Shown: positions 13,385 through 28,819 of the stretch, piece after piece
How the letters are laid out: each line of letters starts with the position of its first letter
Position numbering within the stretch: the first letter of the stretch is position 1
Source of the DNA: Flaccisagitta enflata
Lineage: Eukaryota
NCBI GenBank assembly: GCA_965153355.1
Contig: OZ231126.1
Coordinates: 21,204,001-21,268,000 of the forward strand
Length of the DNA: 64,000 bases
Direction: 5' to 3'
The notes under the pieces: model-generated
Seen by the model: the letters and a program-made list of their open reading frames with translations, nothing else
Databases searched by the model: none
What the model was told of the DNA's origin: nothing
Position numbers and translations under genes: made by a program

Positions 13385-13450
<66 letters not shown>

Positions 13451-13512
13451 GCACACAGAGAGAGAAAAAAAAACAGAAAGACTGAAAGAAAGAAAGAGCA
13501 AGAGAGCTGATA

Positions 13513-13975
13513 AACAGGTCGCCCAAGGGCAATATGTGGTCAGCGATACCCGTTGCCCTGCTTTGCATGGTTGTGAATCGAAGTGAGGGGAAGCAGGGCA
13601 GCGGCCCTGAAGGGGACGAAGTCCTGTAGAACACAGGGGACTTTGTTTGTGTGTCCGTCCATCTGTCCGTCCCCCCCAGACCCTCTCAGACCTGAAATTT
13701 GCCCTCTCAGGGCTGAAATCTACCCACTCAGGCCTTGAATCTGGTCTTTTGGGCCTGAAATCTGTCCTCTCAGGTCAAAATCTGCCCTTTCAGGCCAGGT
13801 ACAGATTCAAGGCCTGAGAGGGTAAATTTCAGGCCTGAGAGAGTAGATTTCAGTCCTGAGACAGCAGATTTCAGGCCTGAGAGGGCCTGGGCGGACGAAC
13901 GAACGGATGAACGCACGAACGAAAGTCCCCTGTGTTCTACAGGACTTCGTCCCCTTCCGGGCCGCACCCCAAAAA
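13513..13975 (-). mobile_element. Foldback HINE-like element with 21-bp repeats (inverted copy of 10899-11390)
   Basis: Reverse-complement match of the ends and of the internal repeats. Confidence 0.75.
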
Positions 13976-14143
13976 GGTAGAGAGAAAAATGAGACTAGTC
14001 AACGAAATGGGCCACTATTAAAGGCATAGGAAAGAGAGGGCTGGGACGTGCTTAATGTCTTACCGCTCTGAATGCTGGAATTTACAAAGCAAAAAACGTT
14101 CCCGATAGAACAATTAATCCGACGCAATTTTTCTCCCGAGCCG

Positions 14144-14550
14144 CGATGGAGAAATCCCAATGCATTCTGTGTTGTAGATGTGACTCTAATTTGGGGATCA
14201 TCATGCCAATCTATCGACTGCGATGAAGAAGTCTTTCTGCATTCATAGTTGTAGAAGTGATTTAAGTATGAGGATTATCATGCCAATCTATTAACTGCGA
14301 TGAAAAAGTCTCACTGCATTCTTTGTTGTAGAAGTGACTTAAGTATGGGAATTATCATGCCAATCTATTGACTGCAATGAAGAAGTCTCACTGCTTTCTT
14401 TTTGTAGAATGGCCTCAAGTATGGGAATTGTCATGCCAATTTATTGACTGCAATGAAGAAGTCTCACTGCATTCTTTGTTGTAGAAGTGACTCAAGTAGG
14501 GGAATTGTCATACCAATCTATTGGTTGCCGATGAAGAAGTCTCACTGCAC
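14144..14550. repeat. 77-bp minisatellite, about 5.3 copies
   Basis: Units start c(g/a)atgaa at 14221, 14298, 14375, 14451 and 14529, with a more diverged first unit at ~14144. Confidence 0.92.
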
Positions 14551-15645
14551 TTCTTTATGGAAACGAGCCAGATGTAGGATAACCAATTTAGTCTTGGATG
14601 TGCTGGTCAAGTCTCACTGCAATCTTGTTCGGACGAGACTTGACTGAAATACAGTGATAAACATTCCAAACCAGTCATTACTCATAAATCGTGAATGGTG
14701 AATGGTGACAGCGATGAAAGGTCATTTTCAGATCAATATCGGAATCAAAAAAAAGAAAAAAAAAAAAAAGAAAAAAAAAGAGATTTTGGACAAAAAAGCT
14801 TCATCAGTCTCAGATCCTCAATCGCCTCTTCAGAAAAAAAAATCTGCATAAGAAATAGAGGATAGAAAAAAAAAGATAGAAAGAAAGAAAAGAGCCTTTG
14901 AATTCTTCCGCCGCCTCGTAACAGTCTCATCATCCAGACATATTTCAGCCACATCACAAACGAAGGCGACGATGACGACGACGATGATGACGACGATGAC
15001 GATGACGACGACGATGATGACGACGACAAACGAAAAAAACAATCTTTGCGCCGGGTAACCCTGTTTTGAGAAGAATGGCCAGTGACGTCGTCAGTAAAGA
15101 CTGAAAACTCTGTCGGAATGCCATACCGCGTGACGTAAGGAATTTGAAAGCTGAATGCAAAAAATGATCTTTAAAAAAAAATACACACAGGAAGAGATGC
15201 CTGTGATATAGACAAAATTTCGATCGCAAAAAAAAAAAAAAAAAAAGAAGATAAAAATGAAAAAAAAAAAAGAAAGAAAAAAGAAGAAAAAGAAAGAAAA
15301 CGAAAAAAGCTACTATGTTTTGATTGAAACATGCCAATAATTACAACTTCGTCATGACAGTATTATGATCTCCTCTTGACTTTAACCGTGACGAAAAAGA
15401 GTGAAAATGTTTGACTCATATGCGATTTGACAATAATTTTCTGTCCAAAGTATAGATTCAATAACTTTTAAAGGCATTTTGAAACGATGGTTTTGGCCAA
15501 AATGCAACGATTTGAAACAGGCAATACAGTCGGTTCCAATCAATTGTCACCAACGCATCAGAATTCTCGTTATTGTTACCATTCAAATTTTAAAAGAATC
15601 TTATCTCACTCAGTATCTGCTTTTTTGTCCGCTTGTCCATCCGTA

Positions 15646-15822
15646 CAGTTGAACCCCGCTCTAACGGATTCGCCACCAACGGAATTTCGCCTATAACAGA
15701 TGCCAATTCATAGTGCTTCAAAATAAATATCTTTCATTTCCTTTGTTGGCAATAATAAAAGTCCGCCTATAAAAGAAAAATATTGTTTGTCCCTTGAAAT
15801 CCGTTGGAGCGGGGTTCTACTG
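15646..15822. mobile_element. Short TA-flanked pogo/Tigger-like MITE
   Basis: TA|CAGTTGAACCCCGCTCTAACGGA...TCCGTTGGAGCGGGGTTCTACTG|TA. Confidence 0.85.
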
Positions 15823-15862
15823 TATTTGAACTTTTTTGCGGTTAACCCTATCTATCTATCTG

Positions 15863-15913
<51 letters not shown>

Positions 15914-16259
15914 CTCAGCCAGTAAAACTACTTGCCCGCCTTTCCTCTGTCCCGGCCTGTCTCCCACTCTCTCGCCTTCTCCTACTTCTAATTTTAAGCG
16001 ATTATGATTTTGAGGGCCATCAACGTCATCGTTTAAGCTTGACGTCCACTCGTAAAAATCATCGTAACTCCACTGGATAGACGACCGTATTTTGCTTTTC
16101 TTCGGTTCAGTTAGAAAAAAAAAATGGCTAAAAAAAAGCGATGGGAGAAAACAAGAATTCTTTGCTGCCACGATATATCGATATTATGAATCTGCTGTAA
16201 AAATTGAAGAAAAAAAAAATTGCATGTCATGGATATTCATTCTTCTCGCGCGTAATTGA

Positions 16260-16423
16260 AACAAGGCCGGATACACGGCTACAAAAGTCGCCTGCGGGTG
16301 GGCAGGGGCCATATTTGAGGTCACCAGCTCATTTGGGCAGGAGCAGTGGGGTCAAAAACAAAATCGTAAAAGAAGTAAAAAGTGACCGACCAACCAACCA
16401 ACCGACCGACCAACCGACCGACC
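16260..16423 (-). mobile_element. 5'-truncated HINE family 1 copy flanked by a 36-bp direct repeat
   Basis: aacaaggccggatacacgg...(GACC)n; flanks 16226-16261 and 16424-16459 match with one mismatch. Confidence 0.7.
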
Positions 16424-16763
16424 GTCATTGATATTCATTCTTCTCGCGCGTAATTGAAAAAAAGAGAGGATGATCAAAAATAGACAAAAAAAAAAAAAAA
16501 AAACAATATTTATAAAAGACGGATATTGTACCACAAATCGAGCATTCGCATACTTTGATTTATGAACTATATATATGAAATTTAACAGAATGTAATCTTC
16601 TTTAAAAAAAAAAACCGATTACCGATATTAGTATGCGGCAAAATGTTTCGTGACAACAAAAAGAATGAGAAAAATGGGAGCGAAAAATTGTTTTGGGGAA
16701 TGGAAAAGTCAGTAGATGTCAAGGCAAAAATTTTGAGGGAGCAAAGAACAGTTGATGCGGGCC

Positions 16764-16855
<92 letters not shown>

Positions 16856-17257
16856 ACGATTGGGCCTTCATGCTATCTTCTAATTAATTCAAACCACGAT
16901 TTCAATTTCTTTTGAGAAATTGAAGGGCGAAATTTGAATAACAATTATGGTAGAGATTAATTTATGTTCAAACCAAGGTGCCAATAAACAAGGCCCAAGA
17001 CAAGGCTTTTTCAGTCAATTGATTCGATATAGATTAAAGGTGTCCAACAAACACGAGGCGCAAAAAAAGCAGCTGCGCGTAGCTTTTCCTGTCCCGTTGT
17101 AACGTCTTTCTGAACAAAGTCAGAAAACGGGATCAGGACTCATACTGCGCGCAAAATTAAAGCATGATGAAAAATGTACGGCACAATCAAAAAAATGGGG
17201 TCTGACGTTTTGTTGCATAGACCGATCATTCAATTAACCATCATTTTCTTCTGAATA

Positions 17258-17659
17258 CAGATTCAATGATAATACAATGAGAGGGGCAGCAAAATCGCTT
17301 GCAACCCTACCCACAGCTTAGAGGGGTAATGTCACAAAGCAAACTAAGGTGACAGCTGGAAGCTTATCCCATAACAATTCCCGCCATTGAGGCGTTTTGC
17401 GAATTTCCTTCTCATTCTATAGAAAATGGTCATAAAAGGGCAAAATCCAACACTACTGAAAATGGCCGATTTTCACCCTACAAAGAGCTATATTTCTAAA
17501 ACTAGGTTGAGATTACAAAATCGCCTCGATGGCGGGAATTGTATTAGGATAAGCTATCGGCCACCACCTTTGATAACCTTGTGATATTGATTATCTGCGC
17601 TACAGGTAGGGGTGCTAGCGATTTCGACTACCCCTCTCACTGTATTATCATTGCTTCTG
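17258..17659. mobile_element. Palindromic ~400-bp TA-flanked MITE
   Basis: caatgataatacaatgagagggg / cccctctcactgtattatcattg; inner arms acaattcccgccat / atggcgggaattgt. Confidence 0.75.
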
Positions 17660-17859
17660 TATATTCTTAATCATTAAACATTTTGGCTAAAACATATCCA
17701 TCGCAAGGATCTATAGTTTGTCGGTGATCAATGATTCATCGTTTTGAATCATATCGTAACCAATCAATTATGGCGCTCATGGCAATGATATTTTTTGAAA
17801 ACATGAATAAAAAATGCATTTATTGAAATCGAATATTTTGAAATTCATCAGAAACACGG

Positions 17860-18215
17860 TCTCTACAATGGTGGATTGGTTACAGCGACGGAGCGTGTGT
17901 GTAATTGAGCCGCGGCTAAGATGAAAGGGCGGTGATGAGAAAATTGACCAAAGAGCAGCATCAAAGTCGCCGCCGATCCGCCAAACCGCCATTTCTGCCA
18001 CGTCGATCCGGCGTGACTGATTGGCCTATTATTTATCGTCTGCTCACAGGATCGGCCTCTCATTTGTCCATTTTCGAGAACGCTTCGATCGGATTCTCCC
18101 GAGTGTGATTGGCTGAATGGGAGTCGACGGGTGAAGTCAGTGTATGAAGCGCTTAAAAAATCGTCGGGCTTAAACACATTTACGACGGGGCGCTGGACGC
18201 GAGCGTATGATCCAA
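17860..18215. promoter_or_regulatory. CpG-rich unique block with CCAAT boxes, a TCF-type site and a posterior-Hox-type site (candidate promoter/enhancer)
   Basis: GATTGG at 18019 and 18107, CATCAAAG at 17959, TTTACGAC at 18179; locally high CpG density. Motif evidence only. Confidence 0.3.
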
Positions 18216-18282
18216 GTCCACTCTCTAGCTTTCATCATTTGTCATTAGAAAATGGCGTAAACGAGGGCGGATAGGAGAGAGA

Positions 18283-18347
<65 letters not shown>

Positions 18348-18459
18348 GCTGGCTCGTTGCATGATACACTTATGGATGAAGATTGTTTCTAACGAACTAA
18401 CCAACTGTAGCGAATCGAATTTGCTCTTGTGCAACTCGAGCAATGATTACCATTCACTT

Positions 18460-18960
18460 GGGTGCAAAAGTTGGGGGTATCCCTTCTCCCTATTTGGGTA
18501 ATGTGGAGAAGCAAAAATCATGAAGATGATCATTTTCCTTTTTTTCAAAATTCCTTCATCTTCCATTTTTGTTTTAGTCCTAAATTTCCACAGATTTTCC
18601 TGAATTCAGCAAAATCCTGTGTAGTTTGTTACAAAAGGGACAATCATTTTTTTAAAACAATCATGATATTTGTAGAAATAAACAAAGATCTAAGAATATA
18701 AGCTATGAAAGAGCTTATAAAAAAACAGATTAACAATTCTATGAAGAATAAAAATATGTAAAAATTGATTCAAAGAATGTCAGCATATTGTTTTATCCCA
18801 CTGCATTATGCAATTTAGGTCCTCAAAAAACAATTTTTTTGAAAAATGGAAGTTGAACAATTTTTGATTAAAGAAAAATAGTGAGGGTCCTAAATTTGGC
18901 CACTCTGCATTAGATAAAGAGGGTGAAAGAAGTAACCAACTTTTGCTATGTGAAGCACCC
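18460..18960 (-). mobile_element. ~500-bp TIR element (GGGTGCTTCACATAGCAAAA ends), inverted relative of 27669-28179
   Basis: Reverse-complement similarity along its length; the left TIR is internally deleted. Confidence 0.75.
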
Positions 18961-20330
18961 AAACCATTCACGTTTAAAGCATTCCAGGCCGTGCTCTTAT
19001 GGACCAAGATCAAGTCGCCGTGGATATTTACCACAGCTTGCTTCTTACAAAGAGTCGCTGAACACGAATGGAAATGGTGTTGGTTCAATTATGGACATGA
19101 TTGCGGTGGTGTTATGTCGGTCACTGTTATAACGGTCACTGGTGCTATGTTGCTAACAGTGGTAATCTTTTACAATTGCGGTTTTAGTTATAATAACGGT
19201 GTTGGTACTCTGACTGATGACTAATTCTTTAGCCAACTTTGCTTCGTGAAAAAAGTCCTCTTTATCAGCAATTAGGAGATCAAAGCAAGCGCCGAAGTTT
19301 TCCGACCAGCGGATCCAAGTCATATCACTCCACAAACGTTTTGTCTTCACTTGACATTAAACCACTTTGTGATAAGGTACGCATTTTCCTATCATGTGCA
19401 ATAGCATGTGTGAAAAACGTATCTGTCTTTGCAGTATATTTTTTAGATGAAATGAGGGGCCACGTATGTCTTCGTAACTATGTGAGAAAAAGCAGTGAAT
19501 AAGACTTTTGAGACAAAACCCTTGGTTGGGAATGGTTAGCTGAGAATGAGTACATAACAACAAAGGGTTAACATGATCATGAATCCCCAACGAAGCGAAA
19601 AAGAAATAAAAGGTTTTCAATTTTGGATGATTATCGATCTTATCAATGAACATCAATGACACTTCAAGAGTCATAAAACAAATCTTCTGGACAGGATCTT
19701 GACAACGAGGAAAACAAACAGGTTGACAAAAGTAGGAACGGAGAAGGAGATAAGTGAGATAACGACCCTTTTTGTGAACTCTGTTGTAATTTGACAAAGG
19801 TAGTACATCAAAGCCACTTCAAAGGGAGTGTTATCAGTCATCATGTGAGGCGTTCCGGGGTAGATAGTTGGATACTTAAATGAGCATGTGTGACGATTTC
19901 GAGTTCTATGGCAATAGAGTCTTGGTGAAAAGCATTTGGTATACCCATCTATGCTTAACGCGATATGGCCGACTTGAGGGGAGGCGGGTTCGTCAGGATC
20001 TAGGGACTCCTAGCCGTGACTCGCACTGTCAAGAACATCAAAAATCGCAAGAACCGCAAGATCGATTTTAGAAGCAATTTTGACTCAAGGTTATTATTAC
20101 TTTCCTCGATAGCTATCAATATGTTTTCCTGATCAACCAAAGTCGATTGGATTAGAGATGTTAGCACTAAGGCGAGCAGTCAAAAAACGCATTTAAGTTT
20201 TACAAAATGAACACGATTCTCAGTCAGACAAAAAGAAAGGGCTCTCAAATGTGAAATATGACTCAGGATTTGGAAGAAAGATGACCACGATATGCAAATT
20301 GGATAACTGAATCAAGAATGAGAGAGAGAG

Positions 20331-20399
<69 letters not shown>

Positions 20400-20905
20400 A
20401 AAGTCATGATGAAGAATCATGCGTGAGTTCATTGGGTGACGCTTTAGAAAAAGGTGGTGAAGAAAATGATGACGATAGAGGAAATTCAGCTTAACTTTTA
20501 TCGTCACGGTCATTTGTCATCACGTTCTAAAATTGAAATTGCAATTTCACTCCGTTCAATTCACGACACTCAATTGTCACTAAACGCTTTGAATAACGTT
20601 AATTTGTACTTTCAAAAACGCTAATCTTTACATCCACAAACAGCCTTTCAGATGAATAGGAATCTATTTGCATGCGCATTGTTTAATCAAGGGCCTACAA
20701 TTGGGATGTATGCTACTTTTTGGAGATATTGAAGCATTTGAATAGTTGCGCTGTACTTCTCATCTCTTTACTTGATGAGAAGGTCGTTGAGAAGGGTAAA
20801 AGGAAAGAATTCTCAAAATATGCATTTTTGAGTGGATGCCATTACATCGTCTGCGGCCTACGGATCAGCCGCCATTTAGGAGGAAGATGTAGGGGAAAAT
20901 GTATG

Positions 20906-21921
<1,016 letters not shown>

Positions 21922-22104
21922 TGTGGAGACAGCGCATGGATACAGACAAAATAAGACATTCTGACAAAAACAGAAAAAGATACATCAGAAATGAGGGCAT
22001 AGGGTAGCCTGAGACACTCAGTCTTCCTCCATTCGCGATGCGTGGCCCAGAATGGAAATAGAATTTTTATGCAAAATTGAAAAAAAAATGTGACAAACAA
22101 GAGA

Positions 22105-22192
<88 letters not shown>

Positions 22193-22451
22193 AAGAGACG
22201 GGCCATGGGTGACAGAAACGAAGTGGGAGGATGCAAAAGAAAAGTTTGAGTGGGAGGAGATGCTGGGGGAGGAGGTGAAGGCAGAGGAGTTGGAGGAAAA
22301 ATAAAGAAAAAAGAAATGACGAATAGAGAAAGACCGAGAGAGAGGAAGGAAGAAGAGGTGAACAATTCTCATTATTTATAGGATTTTGAGGCGGAAGGAA
22401 GAACAAAAAATAGAATTGAAAACCCTTTTTCCGCCAGGCACATGTCTGAAA

Positions 22452-22485
<34 letters not shown>

Positions 22486-22788
22486 GGAAAGAGAGAGTTG
22501 GCAGATAAATGATGCAGGGTGTTGAGTTGGTGACTGATCTCGTACGAGAGAGAATTGGGTAACAGGTTGTGGAGAAATAGAAAGTGTAAAGGACAAAAAA
22601 AGAAAAAAACTGAAAAAAAGAAAATAGAGAGAAAAGATGAAAAGAGTAAATGACTAAGTAGAAAAAAAAAAGCAAAAAGAGCAAAAGAGCAAGGAGAAAA
22701 CGAAAAAAAGTGCCGACGCGTGCGCAAACAAATTAGAGACTCTTAATGTTTTCCAGACTTTTCCTTTCAAATAACGAGTCAGAAAAAA

Positions 22789-22873
<85 letters not shown>

Positions 22874-23725
22874 GTCGTCTCCAATGAGAGATGACACTGA
22901 ATAGGAAAAGCTATTAGCAGAAAAACTGCAAAGTTCCATTTTCTCTCTCAAATGGTAAAACCAATTCCGATGGAATTGGAAAAAGAGAAAATGACAGCGA
23001 AAATAAAGTGAAAAAAAAAAACAGGATAACGAAAAAAAAAAAGAATGTTATCCAATGTGGTCAACCATTCCTTCTTTCTGTTTTTTTTTTTCAAAAGCAT
23101 TCACACACGATATAACTATTTGTCTAAAAAGAGAAGATACTAATCCGTGAAATCTTTTATCGTGCCATTTTATGTCCCACAGGATTTATACCAACAATGA
23201 CCATTACCAAAAATTGAAAAAGGAAATAGAGAGAAAGTGAGAGAGACAGACTAACTGCCAGGAGAAGAGAGTGGGAAACTATTCACACTTTTAGAATTAC
23301 AGAAACGAGGAAGGCGTAGAAAGAGCTTCAAAGAGACGCTTCTGCAATTCGGAAAATAACCACTTCTCCTTCGCCTCGGATCCTTGATTGCGTCTACTAG
23401 ACAGTATCTAGGATGGTGAGCTTTTTCCCCTTGTCTGTACTGTCTTTTCTCTATTTCCGTTTTTGTCGCATACATGTATTTTTTTTTGTTACTGATGTGA
23501 TTGTGAGAAGAAATGATTAAAAGAAGATATCCGTTGCCCACAAACAACGTGAGATCTCGTATCTTAATTGGGACATGTTGAAAAGAGACCATTCTTTTTC
23601 CAAGCGACTTCCGCTCTCGAGTTGCAGCTTCTCCTCACAGTTTTAAATTCTCTTCCACTTTCTTTGCTTTGCTTTACTTTCTTGTCGTCGATGGTGACGC
23701 ATCTTTTTTCACATCTTCCCTTTCC

Positions 23726-23951
23726 TTTTTGGTTGCGGATACGGCTTTGTCCGTCCGTCCGTCCGTTGGTCCGTTGGTCCGTCGGTCTGTTCGTGAGCAC
23801 GAGTCGAAAAATGGGAAAACGAGGGTTTTAGAAGCTTCTTTTGTAAGTATCTGTGTTGGAAGGGGGGTTGGGTGAAGCGTTGGGTGTGGATGGGGGTTGG
23901 CTGCCCCTGCCCACCCGTCCGCAACGATATTTGGATCCCGCGTCACTTGTT
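23726..23951 (+). mobile_element. HINE-like element (ggttgcgga..tccgcaac subterminal repeats); paralog ~43018-43266
   Basis: T-rich start, (GTCC)n, 3' subterminal inverted motif, end cacttgtt. Confidence 0.65.
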
Positions 23952-24525
23952 CGATTAATGCTTCATTTATGTCCGGCAAACGTTTAAGATTATTTGGAAA
24001 AAAGTTGAAGAATACCTTCGGATTTTTGAGACCTACGGCGGAAATCGAATTTCCCTTTTTCTCATGAGTGGTTTGAGAAAGTTGGTCAATTTTGGGGGCC
24101 AAATGAGACTACGCATGAAATTAATAGTTAAGAAAGAGCTAAATCTCCTCTTTCAGATGACGCCAAGCAGAATTCTGTGCGATCGATAGTTTCAGAGCTA
24201 TGATTTTCTGAATCTTTTTTTATTTTTTCGCATTTTTCCAAAAAATGAGGAATGAAGTTATTGAAGTCTATTTGAGCTTAAATTATCCCAGATGATGATT
24301 GTGCATGCTGGCAGCAAAGTCCCTCACTCTTTTAGTCATGGAATTATAAGAGGCTTTGTCCATCTGTCCATCAGTCTATCCATGGTGATCAAGTCGAAAA
24401 GTGGAAAAAACAAGCATTCTCTCTCTGTCTCTCTCTCTCTCTTTCATTCTCTGTCTGTCTGTCCATCTGTCCGTCTGTCCGTCCTTCTGTCCATCTGTCC
24501 GTCCGTCCGTCCATCTGTCTGTCTG

Positions 24526-24737
<212 letters not shown>

Positions 24738-26016
24738 TCTCTTTTTCTCTCTCGCTCTCTTTCTCAGCATTTACGATTTTTTCCTACGGCGATTAGCCGC
24801 CTTTATTGGAAATGATTTCAATGTTTAAAAAATGATTATTAAGCTTATAAAAGGAAAATCGATTAAATGAGAAATGACTCGATTCAGAGGGGTTAGATTC
24901 AAATCTTTGAATACATAAACATAGCATCTCAGACAAACGACTTCCAAAGAGAGAGAACCTAGATTTGCAGATTAGTTGTCTTTACCTCGGTCTTCCCGAG
25001 GTTTTTTTTTCTTTTCTGATTTATTTAAGTATTTTAATCAAGGAAAAAATTTTTACTGATGACTTTGTTGAATGATTTGCTTTATGGTGCTACAAATCCA
25101 CATGTCACGGAAACTGTGCGAATCCGCATCATCTCCTGATCATCATTAGCAGGTGGTTTTGACATGATCTTGCTATTTATGCGGAATTATGACACCCCTG
25201 ACCCGCTGAGCACCATGAAAACCACTAGAATGACTTCGCTTCAACTCGCATTCCAGATTCATGACCTGGAACGTACATCAAACATCGAATTAAAGAGTTG
25301 GCGCAGAAAAATGAAAACGGCAGTTTGTAAAAAAGGTCGTTAGCAGGCCAGGAATGACGTGTTTTAATCAAATCATATCAATTAGAGTGATATCTGAATG
25401 TGTTTCTTTAGAAAATATATGTTTTATCACATTCTGGGAAATAAATTGAAACACGGTATAAGCAAAAAATTGTCTACCACAATTTTTTTCTGCTTGGTCA
25501 CCAACTTAAAAAGGCAAGACACTTTTCTGAGATGGATACCTTTCCAAATTCAAAAACATTTAAACGTGACTCACGTCGATACTGTGTCACCAAAAAATGT
25601 AAACGCTGTTACACTGTTAAAATTCTCTTCTCTTATTACATATTACACAAATGGTAAATTGCAAAGTTATAAATCTCCCTCGTTTGCCTTCTTCTTATTG
25701 AAACCATTTCATTCATTCCTTCCACACCATTTGCCTCACTTTTTTCGCCCATCCTAAGACAATTCATCTTTCTCTTTCTCATCTCCACAGACAATTCATC
25801 TTTCTCTTTCTCATCTCGTTGTCAATCCATCTTTCTTTTTCTCATTCGTGCAGTGACCAACTCTCACCTTTTTCAGGGTCTCACTTTTCGCACTCTCTTT
25901 TTGTTCTCTGTCTCTGTCTCTATTTCAATCACTCTTTTTCTGTCCCTCTCAATCTCATGAACTTTCTCTGTCTCTTTCTCTGTCTCTGTCAATCTTTCTG
26001 TCTGTTTCTCTCTCTT

Positions 26017-26120
<104 letters not shown>

Positions 26121-26436
26121 CCTACTCAGTGTCTCACATTTTGAAGAGGCATTCCTAGCACGTCCTTTACCCTTGACCCTCTGGGCGTGCATGACAACTG
26201 CATTTTTCGTGTGACACGTTTCAAACCCACACAATTGCGAGTTGGTGCTGATGTTGAACTTACAATCTTCATTCTCTGCATTTGCTAGGTTTTACATCTG
26301 CATTCGCTTGAACAATAGTTAAAAAAGAGAAATGACCCATCGATTCTTTTAATAATGCGAGTTCATTGTTACAATGCCATCATGATTCTATGGACCCAAA
26401 TCCGATATCTCTGTTACTATTACTACCCTCAATCGC

Positions 26437-26740
26437 TTTTTAGATGCGTCCGTCAAGAACGCATCTCTAGAAGAGGGTTTGTCCGTCCGTCCGTCTGTTG
26501 GTCCATCCGTACGTACGTCCGTACGTCCGTCTGTTGCGCCTGTGCAAAAACCTCGTTTCGCGGCTGTTTTTGGCCACGGTGAGATCCTATAACGAATCAA
26601 ATGGTAGACAATCATATTTTGAGAGCCTTCTCCACTACTTTGTCTTTGCATCTGTCTATTTGTCCATCTGTCTCTCCATATGTGTCACATGCTCAATACA
26701 CGACTCAGTCCGGACGTATCGTTGCTCGGTCGGGCTTGTT
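26437..26740 (+). mobile_element. HINE family 2 copy (paralogs ~44309-44625, ~52523-52839)
   Basis: ttttagatgcgt..acgcatct, (GTCC)n, end gttgctcggtcgggcttgtt. Confidence 0.65.
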
Positions 26741-26891
26741 TTTCTATCAGTCATGACGTAGGCGATATTGCTTAGTTTGTCTGACTTTGTTTTTGTCTCT
26801 GCCTGTCTATCTGTCTGTCTGTCTGTCTGTCTTTCTGTCTGTCGGTCTGTCTCTGTCTGTCTTTCTATTTGTCTGTCTGTCTGTCTCTTTT

Positions 26892-26991
<100 letters not shown>

Positions 26992-27668
26992 GTCGACCTT
27001 TGGGGGTTCAGAGGTCTTTCTGGTTCCATTTCTTGGCGATCTCAAGCTGAGGAAAATGGTTGATTGCGGTCTTAGGATTGACTCCCGAAAAAACTTCCCC
27101 ATGGCCGAAAATGGATCATGAGAGAAAAAAAATGGGGGAACGAGAGGAAAAAAGATATGAGGGTAAAAAGCAACAAGGCCGGATACATGGCTACCTACCC
27201 CAATAGCGTGCGGGCGGGCGGGGGCAGTGATATTGGGCAACGAAAGGTGCCTGATGAATTACGCCGAATGTACCGGCAGTGGGCACGCTTTCTAATCAAC
27301 AGCAGGTGAAGCCAAACCTAATGCACTGTAACAAAAAAAAAAAACAAAAACAAAAACAAAAACAAAAACAAAAACAAAAACAAAAACAAAAACAAAAACA
27401 AAAACAAAAACAAAAACAAAAACACTGTAACAAAGAAAAAAAAACAAGAAAAAAAAACGTGGATAACTAAGGCATCAGTCCGGCCTGTATGTAGGAGAAG
27501 GGAGCGTCGAGCTTGATGGTTCCTAACACTGTTAGTAACAGTTGCGTCGGCAAATGCATGACATGATTTTAACCTGATTCAAATGAAAAGATCAATGAAA
27601 ATTGCATCGTGATCCATAATTTGTAGCTAAAAAAAATGATCTTACTTTGTTGCATCATCGTCTTACTT

Positions 27669-28179
27669 GGGTGCTTCACATAGCAAAAGTTGCTTATTTC
27701 TTTTCATCCTCTTTACCTAATGTGGAGTGGCTAATTTCAGGACCCTTACCATTTTTCTTTTATCAAAAATTGTTCATCTTCCGTTTTTTAGAAAATTGTT
27801 TTTGAGAGCCTAATTTGTATATTGCAGTGGGATAAAAAAGTATGCTAATCTTTTTTGAATTAGCTTTTATATATTTCTTCTCTTTAGATAATTATTAATT
27901 TGCATTTTCACAAGCTCTTACATTACTTATACTCTGATATTTTAATTTATTTTCACAAAAAACATGATCTTCTAAAACTAACAGTTGTTCCTTTTGCAAC
28001 AAGACTACACAGGATTTTGCTAAATTCTGGGAAATCAGAGTAAACTTTAAGGCCAAAACAAAAACGGAAGATGAAGGAATTTTGAGAAAAGGAAAACGGT
28101 CATCTTCATGATTTTTTTCACTTCATGTTGGGTTAGCGGGACGAGAAGAAAATCAAATTTTTTGCTATGCGAAGCACTC
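27669..28179 (+). mobile_element. ~510-bp TIR element present only in copy A
   Basis: GGGTGCTTCACATAGCAAAA...TTTTGCTATGCGAAGCACTC; absent at the paralogous sites ~45497 and ~53655 (gtcttactctttcat). Confidence 0.85.
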
Positions 28180-28321
28180 TTTCATATCATACATGCGTTT
28201 CGTAAAGTGACTCTCTTGTAAAGAAAGGCAGAAAAAAAAGGAAGATGAAAAAAAATAAAGAAACCATCTGGACAAAAACACTATGTTTGAGTTAACTTGA
28301 ATGTTTGCATTTCTCATTTTC

Positions 28322-28522
28322 AAACAAGGCCGGATACACGGCTACCCCGGTCGCGTGCGGGTTGGCAGGGGCTGTAATTGAGGTCACCAGATCATTTGGG
28401 CGGGAGCAGTGAGGCCAAAAACCGCGAAACCCCCAAAAAAGTAAAGTGTGACGGATGGGCGGGCCGACGGACGGATGGACTGACAAAGCGGGTTGTAGAG
28501 TCGCGTAGCACGCGACTTAAAA
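28322..28522 (-). mobile_element. HINE family 1 copy (paralogs ~45644-45843, ~53801-54001)
   Basis: aacaaggccggatacacggctacccc ... agagtcgcgtagcacgcgact. Confidence 0.75.
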
Positions 28523-28744
28523 TTGTGTCCCTGAAATTAAGATCTAGACGGAGATACGAGATCTGCAATCATCAGTAAAACCTTTTTGTCAATATCAGCA
28601 ACCCAATAACCTTTGAATGTAAAGTTTCCTAATAAGATTAAGACTTCTAGAAAAAAAACTTACAGTGCTTTTTCCAGATGAGCAAAACAGAAAGAAGTCA
28701 AGAGAGATAGTGAGAAAGAAAGAGAGAAAGAAAAAAAAGAATGA

Positions 28745-28819
<75 letters not shown>

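Noticed and set aside
14144-14550. 77-bp repeat as a CRISPR-like array or repeat-protein exon
   Set aside because: No unique spacers, unit length not a multiple of 3, eukaryotic context.
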